The notes beneath the pieces were generated by a model. It did not search any database and was not told where the DNA came from. It saw only the letters and a program-made list of their open reading frames with translations. The translations under genes and the position numbers were made by a program. From Camelus dromedarius (Eukaryota), in assembly GCF_036321535.1 (NCBI RefSeq), contig NC_087437.1, positions 49,044,001 through 49,108,000 of the forward strand: 64,000 nucleotides of DNA. Reading direction: 5' to 3'. Below are positions 1-13,874 of the stretch, piece after piece. Every line of letters begins with the position of its first letter. Position 1 is the stretch's first letter.

Positions 1-1048
1 GGAAAGAAAAGTCTTACAGGTTATGGTTAAACTCCCTCTTATTTGGAAATGATTTTACCCAAAGTAAGCTGAACTCAATGACTGTATGTTTCAGGGAAAT
101 TTAATCCTGCTTCTCTCTGCCCGGAGTGCAGTCTCCATTCCCTTGATCACTTACCTCTGCTCATCACGTGAAGAGCTCCACTTTTCTTGCCTGAAATTTC
201 TTGTTCTCTTATCTTCCTATTTGCTTTGCCTAATCCTAGCCTTGGATTGTCATTATTTTATCCTCCTGTTTTCATTTTGTTTCGCCGTTTGTAGGTGATG
301 GTGGTGGTGCATCTTTTGGACAAACCCCTTCAGTAGAAGTTTGCTCTTCGCTCTTGCAGCTTTTGTTGTAATCTTGTCAACAGCACACTTCTGTTCTGTT
401 TGTTTTTTAACTTTAGCCCAAGACCTTTTATAGTTTCCTCCAACTCCCTCTTAAAACTTTATGGTTTTTATTCTTACTTTTTTTTCAGGTGCTCATTTAA
501 GACATTATTATCCAAGTTCTCCAGAATATTCTCTCTTCATCCTACTCTTCATTGTTTTTCTTTACTCCCCCTTGCTGCCTTCATTTTCTATCTTGTTTCT
601 ATCTTTCCTCTTGTTTGTGCCTTCATATTCCTACTTTTCTCTTTGTTAGAACTTTGGGATGAGTAAAATTCTCTGTATGGTATTCTCTTCCTATAGCTTT
701 TCTTTGAAACTCTCCTTTATCTTTTAACTTTAATTCTCTTTTACTCTTTTTACTGCCCCCCAAAATCCATTAACTTTTCTTCATTCTTCAACTAAAAACC
801 TTTCCTTCAATCTATTCCAAACCCATCAGATGTTTGAATCACTTTCTCACCTCTGACTTTCTTCCTGACCTTCTCTCAGCTACTTTCTCACAATCCTCTA
901 CACTGAAATTGTACTTACCCAAGAAGTTCTAATGACTTCCTCGTGGACAAATTGAATGTTCTTCCGTCTGTGATCCTCATCTTTCCTGGCAGTAACTGTA
1001 TCCCTAGGCTAGTAGATCATCTTTGAAATACTTTTGAAGCAAGGTGGG

Positions 1049-1086
1049 CTTCTTCTTCTTCTTCTTCTTCTTTTTTTTTTTTTTTT
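1049..1086. repeat. (CTT)n followed by poly-T
   Basis: Direct reading. Confidence 0.9.
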
Positions 1087-2564
1087 GAACTACGAAAATA
1101 GCTTCTAGAGTGTGCATCATTTTGTTATTCTGCTAATGAGAGTCAGAGATAGCTTTCTGTTTGCATTTCTAATAGCTGTCTTAAAAAGTGTCTTGACATT
1201 TCAGTTGGTTTTAAATGGCCAGTAAATGGCTTTCTGATTTTGGGTGGGGCCCTCTTCCCTGAAGGACTGACTTCTTGTCGGTGTTATTCGTCCCCTCCCC
1301 ACCCCCTACACACACTGAATTCCCCTAAATCTAATTTGCAACTTATCACTGCAGTCAGAAAATCCAAATAAGTGACTTTTTGGAAATAATTTCTTTGGTT
1401 ATTTTGAAGGTCATTTCCTTCAAACCTCCACAAACTCAAATTCAGAATTTTAAATATTTCTCAATTAAACTTGAAAGAATAAAAACTCCCTTCCACAATT
1501 CTAATTAATGATGAAAAATACATTAGCCTTTATTTGGCTCCATAAATGTATTTTTTACTTTCATGACTATTTTTCTTCTTGATAAATTTTAATCATCATA
1601 TTTATAACAAGAGTAAAAAGTTGCAGTGATAAGGGAAAAATGATTTGGAAAGTATAAAGGTTGCAACTCTGAAACAAAAGCCTTGGAATTCCAAGTTCAG
1701 GCTGCTACTGTCTATTTTTCCTTACTAAGTGCAAGGGGGTGTAGCCTTAGACTTCTGTGATTCCTTCGTGCTGGTCTATGTCACTCCTACTAACATTATT
1801 TAAATACAGCTTTCTTAATTCCTGAGAATGGTGATGAAAATAGTGCTTTGACTGGTAAAATGGAGAAGACAAAGAACCAAGACAAAGGCAAGATATGCAC
1901 TGACTGATTTATGTCATTTTAATAGCATAATTACTTGATAAGCCCTTACATGATTTAGTTACTGATCTTCAGTCTTTCAGAGCTGGGGAACAAATTGCTG
2001 ATGTTTCACACCCAGGTACTGTCAAAAATTCGGAGCAGTGCCGTATTCTTTGGTATTTTAGGAGGCATATTCCTGAGTTGTATCATTAAGTAGCTCATCA
2101 TATAAAATAGGGCAGTTTAGAGAAAATATATCATAGCAGAACCAGATTGTTTTCTGAATTGGTGCTCTTTAATTTCTCCAGGCTGGATACATTTTAAAGT
2201 AGGGAAGAGAATAATGTATAATCATTTTTTTCTGATTTTATGAAATGATGGAAAAATTCAGAAGTGTGAATTTTTGAAGCATTCCACCAGGATTATGCAA
2301 CTGACAACATTCTCCAGAACATCAAGTCTAGGCACTGTCTCTGCCCTGAACTTAGACTTATCTCAAAGAAATATGTCTTCCATGGACCTGAAGAGGAAGT
2401 AACTGAAGTTACTTCCTAAGAGTAAACATGCTAGTTAGTCTGCCCGTAGTGAAACGCTGTGCTTGGAGCAAACCACCCACTGTGACCCTGTCCAACTTCT
2501 CTTACAGAAGTAAAGTCAAGTTTTAATGATCATTATAGGCAATCTCTAGGAGTTAATTGTCAGC

Positions 2565-3500
2565 ATCCATTTATTCATCAACTTTTTAAAAAATTGAGCA
2601 CTTATTTGGTACAGATGCTCTTCTAAGTGCTAGGATGAAGCAATGAGGAAGAAATGTTTTCTTAGCTCATTAGAGGTAAGAGGTGATTAAAATTACAAGT
2701 AATTCCCGGTTTTATGAATAATTACAGAATAGTAGGACAAGTGCTTCAATAATTTTAATCTAGTGGTGCAACAGGGACACAAAGGAAGTTCATTCAGCCA
2801 GGCCTGGAGGTGTATGGGGATGGTTTAGGGAAGATGCCCTACAAGAAGAAGGGGTCAGGCTGATATATGAATATTGAACAGTGTTGGACGGGTGAAGAGA
2901 TGGCAGGACAGGGAGAATATTCCAGCAATCAGAACAGCATGTGCAAAGTCCCAAAGGTGAAAAAATATGACTCACTCAGGGAATGTTGTACAGTGAGAAG
3001 AGAGGGGTGGGGAGAAATACAGATGGAGAGAAAAGTAAAGCCTGAATTATGACCAGCTTGTCGGTCCTGCTAAGGAGGATGATACTTATTCTAAGCGTAA
3101 TAGAGAGGTATGGAAGTATTTTTAACAGAGGAGTGACAGAGACATATTTGCATTTTAGAAAGATGACCTTAGTTATATAATGATAGTGAGGTGAAGTGGG
3201 AGCAGGGATAGAAATAGAAAGCAGAATCTGGTCAGGAGGTTTACAGTCATTTAGGAAGACATGATGGTGCCTGAAATTAGGAAGCTGGATAGATTTGAGG
3301 GAGATGTGGGAGACAGAATTGACAGAATGTGGTGACTGGGTACTAGCAATGGGAGGGAAGGAAGACGTTAGAAGGACTCAAGAGTGTTCTAGGCAATTTG
3401 AAAAAATATGTGCTGTTTAGTGAGAGAAGACAGGGAAGGAGTGGTATTTTGAGGGTAGAGTTGAATTCAATTTTGGATCTGTTAACTTTGAATGAGTATG
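2565..3500 (-). mobile_element. L2 fragment
   Basis: CATTTATTCATCAA..TTGAGCAC 3' end; CAGCATGTGCAAAGTCCC; TTTGCATTTTAGAAAGATGAC; AATTCAATTTTGGA. Confidence 0.8.
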
Positions 3501-3906
3501 TAAAAGAGGATAGGGCAAGTGAACTCTTGTTTGGGGGTTGTTAGAGGAAATTTTTCATGAGCCAACTATAGAAATAGTATCAAGATGTCTTCTCAGCATT
3601 AATTTTGTATTTTAGAACTCTCACAGAAAAGCTGATTACTTACAAAAATAGAATTGAAACTTGGTCAGGGACTTGGTCTTAGTTCTTCTTTCAAGGTTGA
3701 AAATGAGGGGTGTGTGGGTGAACAGGCCCAGTTAGCAATGGAGTTTCATTGCCATGTGTTGCCAATGGGACACTTAATTCATTTTGATGGAGCAAGCAGG
3801 TTGCCTGGCAGGCTAAGGGATTGTCTATTCTTGGAGCAATAGTCAGAAATGTAATCAAGTTAAAAACTTAAGTGGCAATGTATTCAAGTTAAAAATTGAA
3901 ATTAAT

Positions 3907-4026
3907 GGGGGGAGGATATAGCTCAAGTGGTAGAGTGCATGCTTAGCATACACAAGGCCTTGAGTTCAATCCCCAGTACCTCCTCTAAAAATAAAAAAGT
4001 AAACCTAATTACCCCTGCCAAAAAAA
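3907..4026 (+). mobile_element. tRNA-Ala-derived SINE (camelid Vic-1 type)
   Basis: Head GGGGAGGATATAGCTCAAGTGGTAGAGTGCATGCTTAGCAT (A box), GAGTTCAATCCC (B box), AAACCTAATTACC body and A-rich tail; near-identical to the copies at 56561 and 56707. Confidence 0.9.
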
Positions 4027-4743
4027 TTTGGGGTGTGTTGTAGGGGGTGGGGAGAAAGGAAATCTAGAGAGGAGAGTCTGATGTGTTATGAAATTAAAGA
4101 TGTAAAGCAAGTAACATGAGCTGGATTACCAAGCAATAGACATGGAAATTCAGAGGCCTAACACAGAGAGTAATGGGTTGGGTTTGTAGGCAAATAGGCT
4201 GCTGTGGGTTTGTCCCAAGGCAGATGCTGGAGGCTAGGCTGCGTTTCGGATATTCTCAAGGTCATGGTGCTGTCTGTATTCACGAGGTCAGCAATAAGGC
4301 AGTTACCCATGTTTCCATACTTGGGTTCCCTTTTCTTGCAGACCTGGAGTCTCTTCAATTCGGGGGGTAGTTTCAGTGTTAGAACTTCAGATCTGAATGC
4401 TGCTCCTGTGGGTGAGTTACTTGCTTGGGGTTTTGAAATAGGGAAGGTTGGGTGGAGTGGGGGACCTATGAGATGTGTTAGACAAAGCTGGTGGCCAAAC
4501 TGAGGAGAAGTGTAGTGGGATCTGCTAGGAAACTTCAGGGTTGTGGGAATCCTTTAAGGAATGGTCTAGCGTAAAGGGTAGATCTGGACAATAGGTGATA
4601 GTTAACAGCAGCTTCTTTGTGTGATCCCTATGTGCAGTTCCAAGAAACCGGTTGTTGGTCACTGGCCCTAGCAGCGGAGCTCATTAGCATTTCCTTTGTA
4701 TGGAGACTGGTTAGGTAGAAACTAAGCTTCTGGGATGGGGCTT

Positions 4744-4840
4744 TGTGATAGTTAATTTTATGTGTCCTTACAATAAATTATATACATATTAACACATATC
4801 CTATTGATTCTGTTTCTCTTGAAAACCTTGATTGATAACG
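4744..4840 (+). mobile_element. Internally deleted MLT2 (ERVL) solo LTR
   Basis: MLT2 start TGTGATAGTTAATTTTATGTGTC joined to MLT2 end ATATCCTATTGATTCTGTTTCTCTTGAAAACCTTGA; TSD GGCTT (4739-4743 and 4841-4845). Confidence 0.75.
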
Positions 4841-6279
4841 GGCTTAGAATGAAAGGCTCACCTTTGCCTCTCTTTATATGCTGACTGGAACATGGAAGCA
4901 ATTGCCTGTTACCAGCAAAGGGATGCAGGGTGCCTCTTCTGATGTTAGAGGGTTGCACTGCCATGGAGACAAAAGACAAGTCCCAGTGGTGATGAATGTG
5001 GAGCTTTGTGAACTGGGACCGGGCTGAGTGGTCAGACCATTAGAGCACAAGCAAATCTGGCTTTTGCCCACATATCAGTTCTGTAGACACCAGAGAAGGG
5101 CAGATTTGGATGCGCACCCATGTGAATTCTTGTTTCTCCTTGCTCCCCTGGCCCAGGTACTCACAGAGAGTAGGTGAGTAGGTGTGCGGAAGGCCCAGGT
5201 ATGCTCCTAGCATTACACACAGGTTGTTGCATTCAGAGAGGTCAGAGGGCTCTGACCTCTGGTCAGTCATTGTGCAGAATCCCCTTTGTTGGAATTGAGC
5301 CCTAATAATGTACTGTCCTTATTGAAGTATTTAAATTGTGGCTCTGAATACATTTTGGTTTATTGGTCTGTCAAACACCTATTAGGCTGCAATAAGAAAA
5401 CCAAGAGATTTCCTGTGCAGGGGACAGAAGAGTCACACATTCTGCCTTTGAGCATTTCTAGATAAATATGAAATAATGAATGTCTCTTGCTTGAATTTCC
5501 AGAGAACTGTTAGTTCTATATTTCTATAAAAAGCAGCACCTGCAACAAGAAGCAGCATACTCTGGTAGAATCCCCTCCAAGAAAGTCAATAATGACTGTG
5601 GGCGACACTTACAGGGTTCTGGTCAGGAACATTTGTGAGCATGAGTTCTACCCCCATGGGGCTGACATCAGTTAGTGCAAACCATTCCTTTTCCCCTGAG
5701 GGTCATTTCCCTGAACCAGTCCCCAGCCATCTGGTCACCTCAGCATCCTGGTTTGGGGCATTCCCTCTAGAGGGTCTCCAGAAACACACCCTCTGCATAA
5801 GATGGCCTTGATCACATTTAGGCAGAAATCCTAAAAGACAGTTAATGGGTTTTCTTTCCTGTCTAGGAACCTGTTGGTTTGGCTTTTGTGGGAATCTACT
5901 TGGGAGGCAATTCTGAATTTGCTGTTAGCATATGATTGTCATCTCTTGTCATAGTGATTAAGGAGCTTTGACAGAAGGTGGGGGTGATTCATGGTGGCAG
6001 GGATGACCTAGATATATTTGGATGGTGTCAATGCACATTTAACAGGCCAAATGGATTTTTGGCTCATCTTTTAAAAAACAAAAACAAAAACCTCATATGC
6101 CAGGCTGATATGCTTATTCTGAAAAAGTTCCAAAGGGATAAAATCTGATCTAACCATTATTCACCCATTTCAGGGTCTAACAGCTTTTAAATATCCTCAG
6201 ATGTTTTTTTGTTATATAGGCAGGAAGCCATGTTTAGAGCATAGAATTAATTAGGATTACAAGGGATGATAGAAATTAT

Positions 6280-6930
6280 AGTTTATTAGTTTCATACTGT
6301 TCTGGGAGATGGAAATGGAAGACTGAGCAGGGAGAGCTGCAGGCCCTTGTTCTCATCCTCATCACCCAAACATAGTAGCTTTACTTTTGTCTGAACTCTC
6401 AGGTGAGGTTTCTTTGCACAGTGCATTTCTTGGCTAAGAAAAGAGTCTAAAAACCATTAGTGTACTTTACTTTCTTGTTTGTAGATGTAGAACCTAATTC
6501 TCAGAGCAGTAACGTGACCTGTTGAAGAACCCAGGAATCAAAGCAGAATTTTAGCCTCCTTATTCCAACCTGGTTCCTTCCTAGCTGTCTCCTAAATTCT
6601 CAGTATGCTTCTAGGGACAACCGATGGCCTGAGTCATCTGGTCTCAAAGTGTGTTAGAGATACTCTAGTTCCATTAAAATGTATTAGGGATATTTATTAT
6701 GGAAGATAAAAATGCACTAATATTATATAAACTTGGAAATAGGGAACTATCATAGTTTAGTTCTATGTTTAGTTCTCCCCAGAATTTTAGATATACCAAT
6801 GTGAATATTAAACCTTTAACAAGGAGAAACAATACATGCAGTTTATCAAATTTAATAAGTTTATTTCCTTAGTCAAATAAATAAGTAACTTAAGGGGCCT
6901 CTTTTCCATGAAATACACTGTCGGAAGCAC
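6280..6930. mobile_element. Decayed hAT-Charlie MITE remnants (MER102/MER113-like) with a MIR fragment
   Basis: Terminal-like motifs AAAAACCATTAG and GGTCTCAAAGTGTG...TCGGAAGCACT; weak recalled similarity only. Confidence 0.4.
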
Positions 6931-7364
6931 TCTATTCAAACAGAGATTTATCACTGAAGATCTTGAATCTTTGATAATCTAAAAATATTTTTGGACATAG
7001 ATTATCTTAAGCAAATGTTGAAGTGATGTCACTGACTGATTAGTTAGAAATTGAGAGGGAAGTTACCCAAGTAATCAAATAACTTCAATTGTTGAAAATA
7101 TCCTTTAGGGAAATAGTATTGGACAATGTAAATCTGCCCATGATACTGATTGTATTATGGCTGTTGTAGGGGATATTGGGATGGAACCAGGGGGGTGCCA
7201 CAGTCCCTTTTCTAATTCCAAATGGCTTCAATACATCTCAAGTTTCCACCATTATAGTCATTCTTTTGGATATTATACCATTATAATTACCAATATGGAA
7301 GTACTAATTAACATGCTACTCTAAAATATTCTCTCATTTTACTAGCTTGGTTAGTAGTCAGAAG

Positions 7365-7520
7365 AGATAGTACTGCGCATAAGTTAATAGCACAGGCTCC
7401 AACAGCAGACTTCCCAGATTTGTGTCCTTGCTGTGCCATTTACTGGCTCTGTGATCTTGGGTCAGTCACCTAACTCCTCTGTGCCTCATCTTCTTTATCT
7501 GTAAAACGGGGATACTGTTT
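7365..7520 (+). mobile_element. MIR
   Basis: Core TGTGATCTTGGGTCAGTCACCTAACTCCTCTGTGCCTCATCTTCTTTATCTGTAAAACGGGGATA. Confidence 0.85.
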
Positions 7521-8556
7521 TTGGAATGCAGTTTGAATTTTATCATGAAGGTTTTTGGTTCTTTGAAAAGAGGTAGTACCAAAGGGAAGAAATACCTCTT
7601 AAAAAATGCTTACTATGATATATGATATTTTGCAGTTTTTCCTGGTGTTCTCAGTCTCCCTGTGTGACCTGCTTCAAAGCCTGTCTAGCATTTGTCTTAC
7701 ATGTACCAGATAAAAAGAAAATCTTTTTTTAAATTCTTATTTATTCCTCGAAACTTTTTATTAACATTCTTGATACTTACACAGCATTCTCTTCATCTTT
7801 AAGATCACTTTCCTTTTGGAACAGTAGAAAGAATGTGATATGAAAACCAAACTGCCTCACCACCAGGATAGGAGATGACCATTTGGGAAAAACCTAAAAT
7901 ACTTAGCACTGGTCAGTTGGATCAATGTGTGTAGTGCCAGGATTAAGGACCAAGGCAAATAATTCTTCCCCTTGACCTCCTGTGAGCTCTTTAAAGGCCT
8001 TTGGAAAAGGATGGATAAGGTTAAGAAGTAGTAAAAGATACTGTAGACATTCTATAAGATTGAACTGGACTTTTCTACAGCTGAGACTATTTGTTGATAC
8101 GACTGGAGAAGTTACAGTTGCTTTCTTAACTATTTACAATGGCGAGGGGTGATTTGACAAAGCAGGGATGAAATGCCATGCAGGGAGGACAATAAAGTTG
8201 GTATCTTCTCTTACCCTTAAAAACCCAGCTTATCTAATGAACTGATTGCATCTACTTACTTGTCTGCATCCCCAGTGGACAATGGTCTTCTGAATGGCAG
8301 GAGCTATACATCTTAATTTCTCATTTGGCTTTGTCTTCTTAGCAGTTGTCATACTGTGGCTAATCTTATGTTTTTACTGAGTGTTAAAAATAAATAGTAG
8401 GTTTGGGTTGTAGGATGGATTTTCTTAAGCAAAATGATGTAATCATTATCTTCAAAAAATATGAAAGAAAGTGAAGACAGTGGTTTCTAGATTAAATTTT
8501 GTTGCTCAAGCTCAAAGCTCAGAAAATCATTTTCTGGTTTCAAAGCTGTAGAAATC

Positions 8557-8666
8557 GGGTTCTTCAGGATTACCAAATTAAGATGGCACAGTAGACCCTG
8601 AGCTCAAATCCTCACATGAACACAACAAAATCACAACTAACTGCTGGACAACCATCAGTAAAAACA
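8557..8666 (+). mobile_element. Isolated L1 5'UTR start fragment
   Basis: AAGATGGC (YY1-type start)...GACCCTGAGCTC...ACAACAAAATCACAACTAACTGCTGGACAACCATC resembles the 5' end of laurasiatherian L1. Flanked by AAAGCTGTAGAAATC (8542-8556) and AAAGTTGTAGAAATC (8667-8681). Confidence 0.7.
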
Positions 8667-10799
8667 AAAGTTGTAGAAATCTACCAAGTAGAATGATAAA
8701 GCAGTTGGGAGGATTGGTACTACTTTGTTCATAGATGTAAGGTAGAAAATATCCTAACTCATAAATAATCTGAAGTGACTTTTTAGTCTAACGATTACCT
8801 CCATCCAAAATAATCCCATATGATAATTTTATAAAGACTCTTATTCTTAAATGTCTTGGCAAGTGAAGTTTTATAAACTCCCTGGGAAATTTTAATTTTT
8901 ATTCATAATTTTTATCTTCTTTATTTCCCTGTATAATTTTGAAACTTCTCTTACTAGTTAATTTTGCTTTTAATTAATGAAGTTCATCTTCATTTGGGAC
9001 CTGCATTATCTTCATTTCCTCCAAATACTTGCACAATGATGTTATATTGTCTCAATTTATTTTGGAATTTACAAAAAAGTAAAGAGTTCCAACTATTTTC
9101 TCTATATCCAGATTAGATTTATACATTCTTCTAAGGATTTAATTGCTGTTGAGTAAAGTAGTAGTATAATTTTCCAGTCCTTTTATTTAATATTGTATAT
9201 TGAATTGGGGCCTCAAATGTAGAGGCATCTGGTTTTCTTCCTGAGCCAGATTCACATGCTGCTTTGACTGTCAGTGGCAGAGATAAATCATGACTAACCA
9301 TGCTCGAGTGGCAGTTCCAAGACCTCCTGGTACTGTCTGCAGATCAGTTAACAGTAAACACATGGCTGCATAACTCAGTAATACTGTTAGTTAATTAAGA
9401 GTCCCAAAAGAAAATTCTTCTATTCCCTAACTGCTGAATTATAATAATTGTTACAGTTGTAATAATTGTTAAGGTATTTTTTATCATGTTTTATTTTACA
9501 ATTACTTTACAATCATGGTATTTTAATTAGCTCTTCATTGGAAGAAACATTTCCAGATGTTTATAATTGTTCTTCTCACTTGGCAGATGAGGAAACCTGT
9601 AAGGACTTGGTTTATGACTTTTATGCATGTAAATAATCATTTCTACATTTTATTATCTATTCTATTAACTTAAGGTGTTTATGGAATTGGAAAGGGAAAT
9701 AAAAAAGAGTATTTTACTTAAACACTGATCTATCTGATAGCAATAATTCCTGTTAATTTTAGAGAGATGTTCATGTCAAATTCCTGGGTGTATTTGGTTT
9801 TAGACCCTTAGTGTTTAGGCATGTTCAATGGGCTGGCAGGGAGTGTAATTAGGGAAGTTGTCATATATTTTCCAGTTCATCATTTCATCTGGGGTTTGTT
9901 ACTTGTTAAATAGAGGTTAGAATACAAGTACACGTACGTCGAACTTTTTAAAATATGAAAACCACAATTACCTAAGCCATTCCCTGCAGCACTGACTGTA
10001 ATTAAACAAACATGAGGAAAAAATAAAGTTCTTACTCTGATGTTAAACATGCAAAATAAGGAAATAGTAGAGATTGAGATTTCATGTCAATACCCCAGAG
10101 CTTTTGTCCAAATATTTTCTCTTATTCTGTTGTTCAGTCTTGCTGTATTTCACTACCTTTTATAGTTCTTTAATAGAAAATCAGGGCAAAAAAACCAGAA
10201 CTTAATCAGTTGCCAGTGTTTATGGAGCGACTGCTGGGGCCAGAATGTGGTTGCCAATGCTTTGGGGAATTGTGAAGAAGCCAAGTCCCAGGTTCTTAGA
10301 AAAAAGTCCTCTGTCTAATGGGGAGTGGAGATAGAAGGCTCTAAGATTGCTATTTCTATCTAGAAGGCCTGAGATGAGATTATTACATAAAGCAAGGACC
10401 TAATTTCAGTAGTTTTAGGAGACAGTCTGTTGACCAAAGAAAAGAAGTTTCATGAAAAAGCATCAGTTTCTTGGAAGGTCCTCAAGCCTGACAGACAATA
10501 TGTTGAGGTGAATAGTTTTCTTGCTGGGAGCATAGAGTATTAACCAGTAATATGTTAAGAATTAAGAACAGCTAGAGAAAAAGAGGGACTAATTGGCAGA
10601 GAACAGTGCCATCCTTAGTTTTGAATTTTGAGTAAATATTAGGAGAAATTTGGAGTTTTTGTTCTGGAAAGAGTTCAGACAGTGGCACTGGATAAGGGTA
10701 ATTTTTGCTGCTGTTTAGAAAGAGATGGCAAAAGGAATGTAATAAGGAGGCTGCTTATCCAGATATTGGGTTTTTGGATAGAAGGGAAACAGATAATAC

Positions 10800-10930
10800 T
10801 TTGCTCAGTTTACAGATGAGAATACTAAAGCTCAGAGGTTAGTTACTTTTCCTGGGGTTATATGAATATTTAGGATGGGTCTGGGGCTTGAAACAAGGTG
10901 CTTCTGACTCCAAAAGCCATGCTTTTATTC
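10800..10930 (-). mobile_element. MIR
   Basis: TTTACAGATGAGAATACTAAAGCTCAGAGGTTAG..TCTGACTCCAAAGCCATGCT. Confidence 0.8.
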
Positions 10931-11199
10931 TTAAGATAATGAGGTAGATAGGATAAATATAATAGATGTAACAATTATAGAACCTAACAATGGATTCAGA
11001 GACAGGGAAGCTGACATTTGCTTGGGGACACTGGAAGATAGTGATACAATACACAGCATGGAGGAAATACTTTTCTCTGGGTCCTCACTAATATTGATAG
11101 ATGTTGATTTAGTTTACATGCTTTAATGCATCAAAAGTGTTTCTCAAAGTTGAATAATGTATAGGCTCATTTTAATTATATAATAATTATTATTTTACT

Positions 11200-13530
11200 A
11201 AATTTTTGATTCTGAGAAATCTCAAACACAAAAAAGTATAGTATAATTAACTCCTATATACTCATTACACAGCTTCAACAATTTCCAACATTTTGCCAAT
11301 TTTATTTCACTTATTTCCTCAACTCTATTGTTATTGTTTGTATGAGTATGTCAAAGAATCAGATATTCTGTTGTTTCGCTTATAAATATTTCAGTATATA
11401 TCTCCAACAATAAGGGCTTTAAAAAATATTACAATGATAATACTATCACCCTTCATAAAACTAATCATAACTTTTTAGTATCCACTAATACCCTGTCCAT
11501 TTTTGTGATTGCTTCAAAAATGTCTTATATTTAATTTGTTCAAATCAGGATCCAGTGTCCACACATTGCATTTGGTTGTTTTGTTTTAAGTCTCAGTTAT
11601 TTTGTAACATTTTCTCCTGACCTTTCCTCTCTGCCTCCTTATTTTGCATGTCATGCTATAGATGGAGACATGGGGCCATTTGCCCTGTAGAATTTCCCAC
11701 ATTTTGCATTGGCTGCTTACATCTTTATGATGTTTATGTTCTAGATATTGTATTAATTATAATTTTTTTAAGAAAAAAATTTTTTCCTTCCTATTGTCTC
11801 ACATCATGAATCACATTATATTTGATTGTCCTACTTTTAGTTTGTGCAGTGGTTGTGGTGGTATGTTGGCCAGATCACTCCATTATAAATGTTCCCATCA
11901 GTATTTTGCTGATGGTTTAGCAGGCATTAATAGTCATTGCCTAGGTCAGTTATTCTCTTAAGAGTTATAAAATGGTGATTTTGTAATATTATCATTCCTT
12001 TTCCGCTAGCTGGAATTCGTCTGTAAATAATTTTCCTTTACTAGCTCTGAAATACAGTGTGTACAGGGAGGGCCCAATACATGTTTGATTCCTTCATCCA
12101 ACTTATCAGTTTTCATAGTAATGGTTTGGTAGTCTAGCAACCTCCAATGGTGACCAATGAAACTTTTTAAGTGTCATTTTAAACTCATCTGTGTGTGTGT
12201 ATAAAATTAACTCAGGTACAGTCATTATTCTTTTCAATGCTTAAATTGTCCCATTTAAGGCCAAAGAAAGCCCTTTAAATTAACTCCTGTATTCCTCCAA
12301 CATGACCACATTAGTCTTTGATAAATTTCTACTTTTTTGTCACAACAGATGCTGGAGGCTTATCTTACACATTTCCTGCTCCACTTGGAATCAGCAATTT
12401 TTCCAAGTATCCCTGGTTCCTTTTTTGGAATGATGTTTAGAGACCAAAATCTAAGAATTTCAGAAAAAAAACTTATGTGTGCATGTTAATGTTACAGTTT
12501 AAATGGAAAACTATGGATTTTTTTTTTTTGCTGAACTTTTATATTTTATACTTGTGTTATTTTCTTTTCCACTAAAAATCTTGACTGTCAACAATATTAG
12601 AATAATTACTTATTTGCTTTATACTACAATGTACCTGTAATAGCTATACTAGTAACAATAACACTGATTTTAATGCTAACAGTAAGACTAATGAATTCAA
12701 CTTAATATTTCTTAGAGATTATTTTATCCTTATAATGGATCCCATGAGAGATTTACAGTCAATATTCTATTTTGAAGTTATTTCAAGTATTTCTGTTCTT
12801 TGTGTGGTTATGCTACCAATTTGATACACAGTTCAGTTCATTTGTTTTCATTTATTTTAATTTTTAAGAAGTGCTTTTCCCTGTTTTTTAACTATGTAAA
12901 ACATTTACATGATCCCAAATTCAAAACTATATAAAAGGATACATTAAACAAATGTTTTCATCCCTGCCCTCTCCACATTTCTCCCTTTTCCCCTATAGAA
13001 ACCAGTTTTTACTAGTTTTTAGTTTATCCTTCTATTATTTCTTCTTAAAAATATAAGCAAAACTGTATATTTACATTAATATTTTCCTTCACCTTTCTTA
13101 TAAAAAAGGAGAACATACCACAAATATTACTCTATACTGTGCTTCTCTGAAAAAAAAAATTTAATATATCTTGGAGATCATTCCTTATTAGTAAAATCTT
13201 GCTTTTTCCTTTTTACAGTTGCATAGTTCTCCTCTGTGTGGTAATGCCATATTATATTCAGCCAGACCCCTATTCATGGACATTTAGATTCTTTCCAATC
13301 TTCTGCTATTACAAATAGTGCCATAATAAGCACCTTGTGCACAGAAATTTTATATTTTGCTTGTTTGTCTTTAGGGTAGGTTCCAAAAAGTAGCTCTGGA
13401 ATAGATCTCAAAGGCTAAAGACACAAGGAAATTACCCTCTGTATGTAATTATATCATTTTGCGTTCCTGCCAGCAACATATAAGAGTGTTTATTTCTCTG
13501 AGACTCACTAATAGAGTATGTTCTCAAGCT
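11200..13530 (-). mobile_element. Old L1M (L1MC/ME-type) 3' regions
   Basis: CAGCTTCAACAATTTCCAACATTTTGCCAAT, GTTCAAATCAGGATCC, CACATTGCATTTGGTTG and GGACATTTAGATTCTTTCCAATC are typical of decayed L1M 3' ends. Confidence 0.75.
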
Positions 13531-13874
13531 TGATTTCAGGACAGCCCCTTTTAAAGGGAGAAACTTATTGTAGACTCCCAGTGTTAACTTAAATGATTTT
13601 TGTTATTATATTACCTAAATATGAGAAAACATAAAACTATATATATAAGATTCTTTATGCTTATAGTTTTTATAAAACTATAAAACAAAAGCAAGTGTAC
13701 ATATTAAAGACAAATAAACTACAAACCCAATACAACTTGTATTAAAATGAACATAATGAGTGATATTATTTTTCTAAAATGAAATGGCCACTTAAGAGTG
13801 TGAATATGGTATCAACTTTTGCAACACTCAGCTTTTTTTATGTTACATGTGGATATGCTATTGTGTGCCAGATA

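Noticed and set aside
86..1000. Hydrophobic, membrane-protein-like ORFs
   Set aside because: An artefact of CT-rich low-complexity or decayed LINE sequence.
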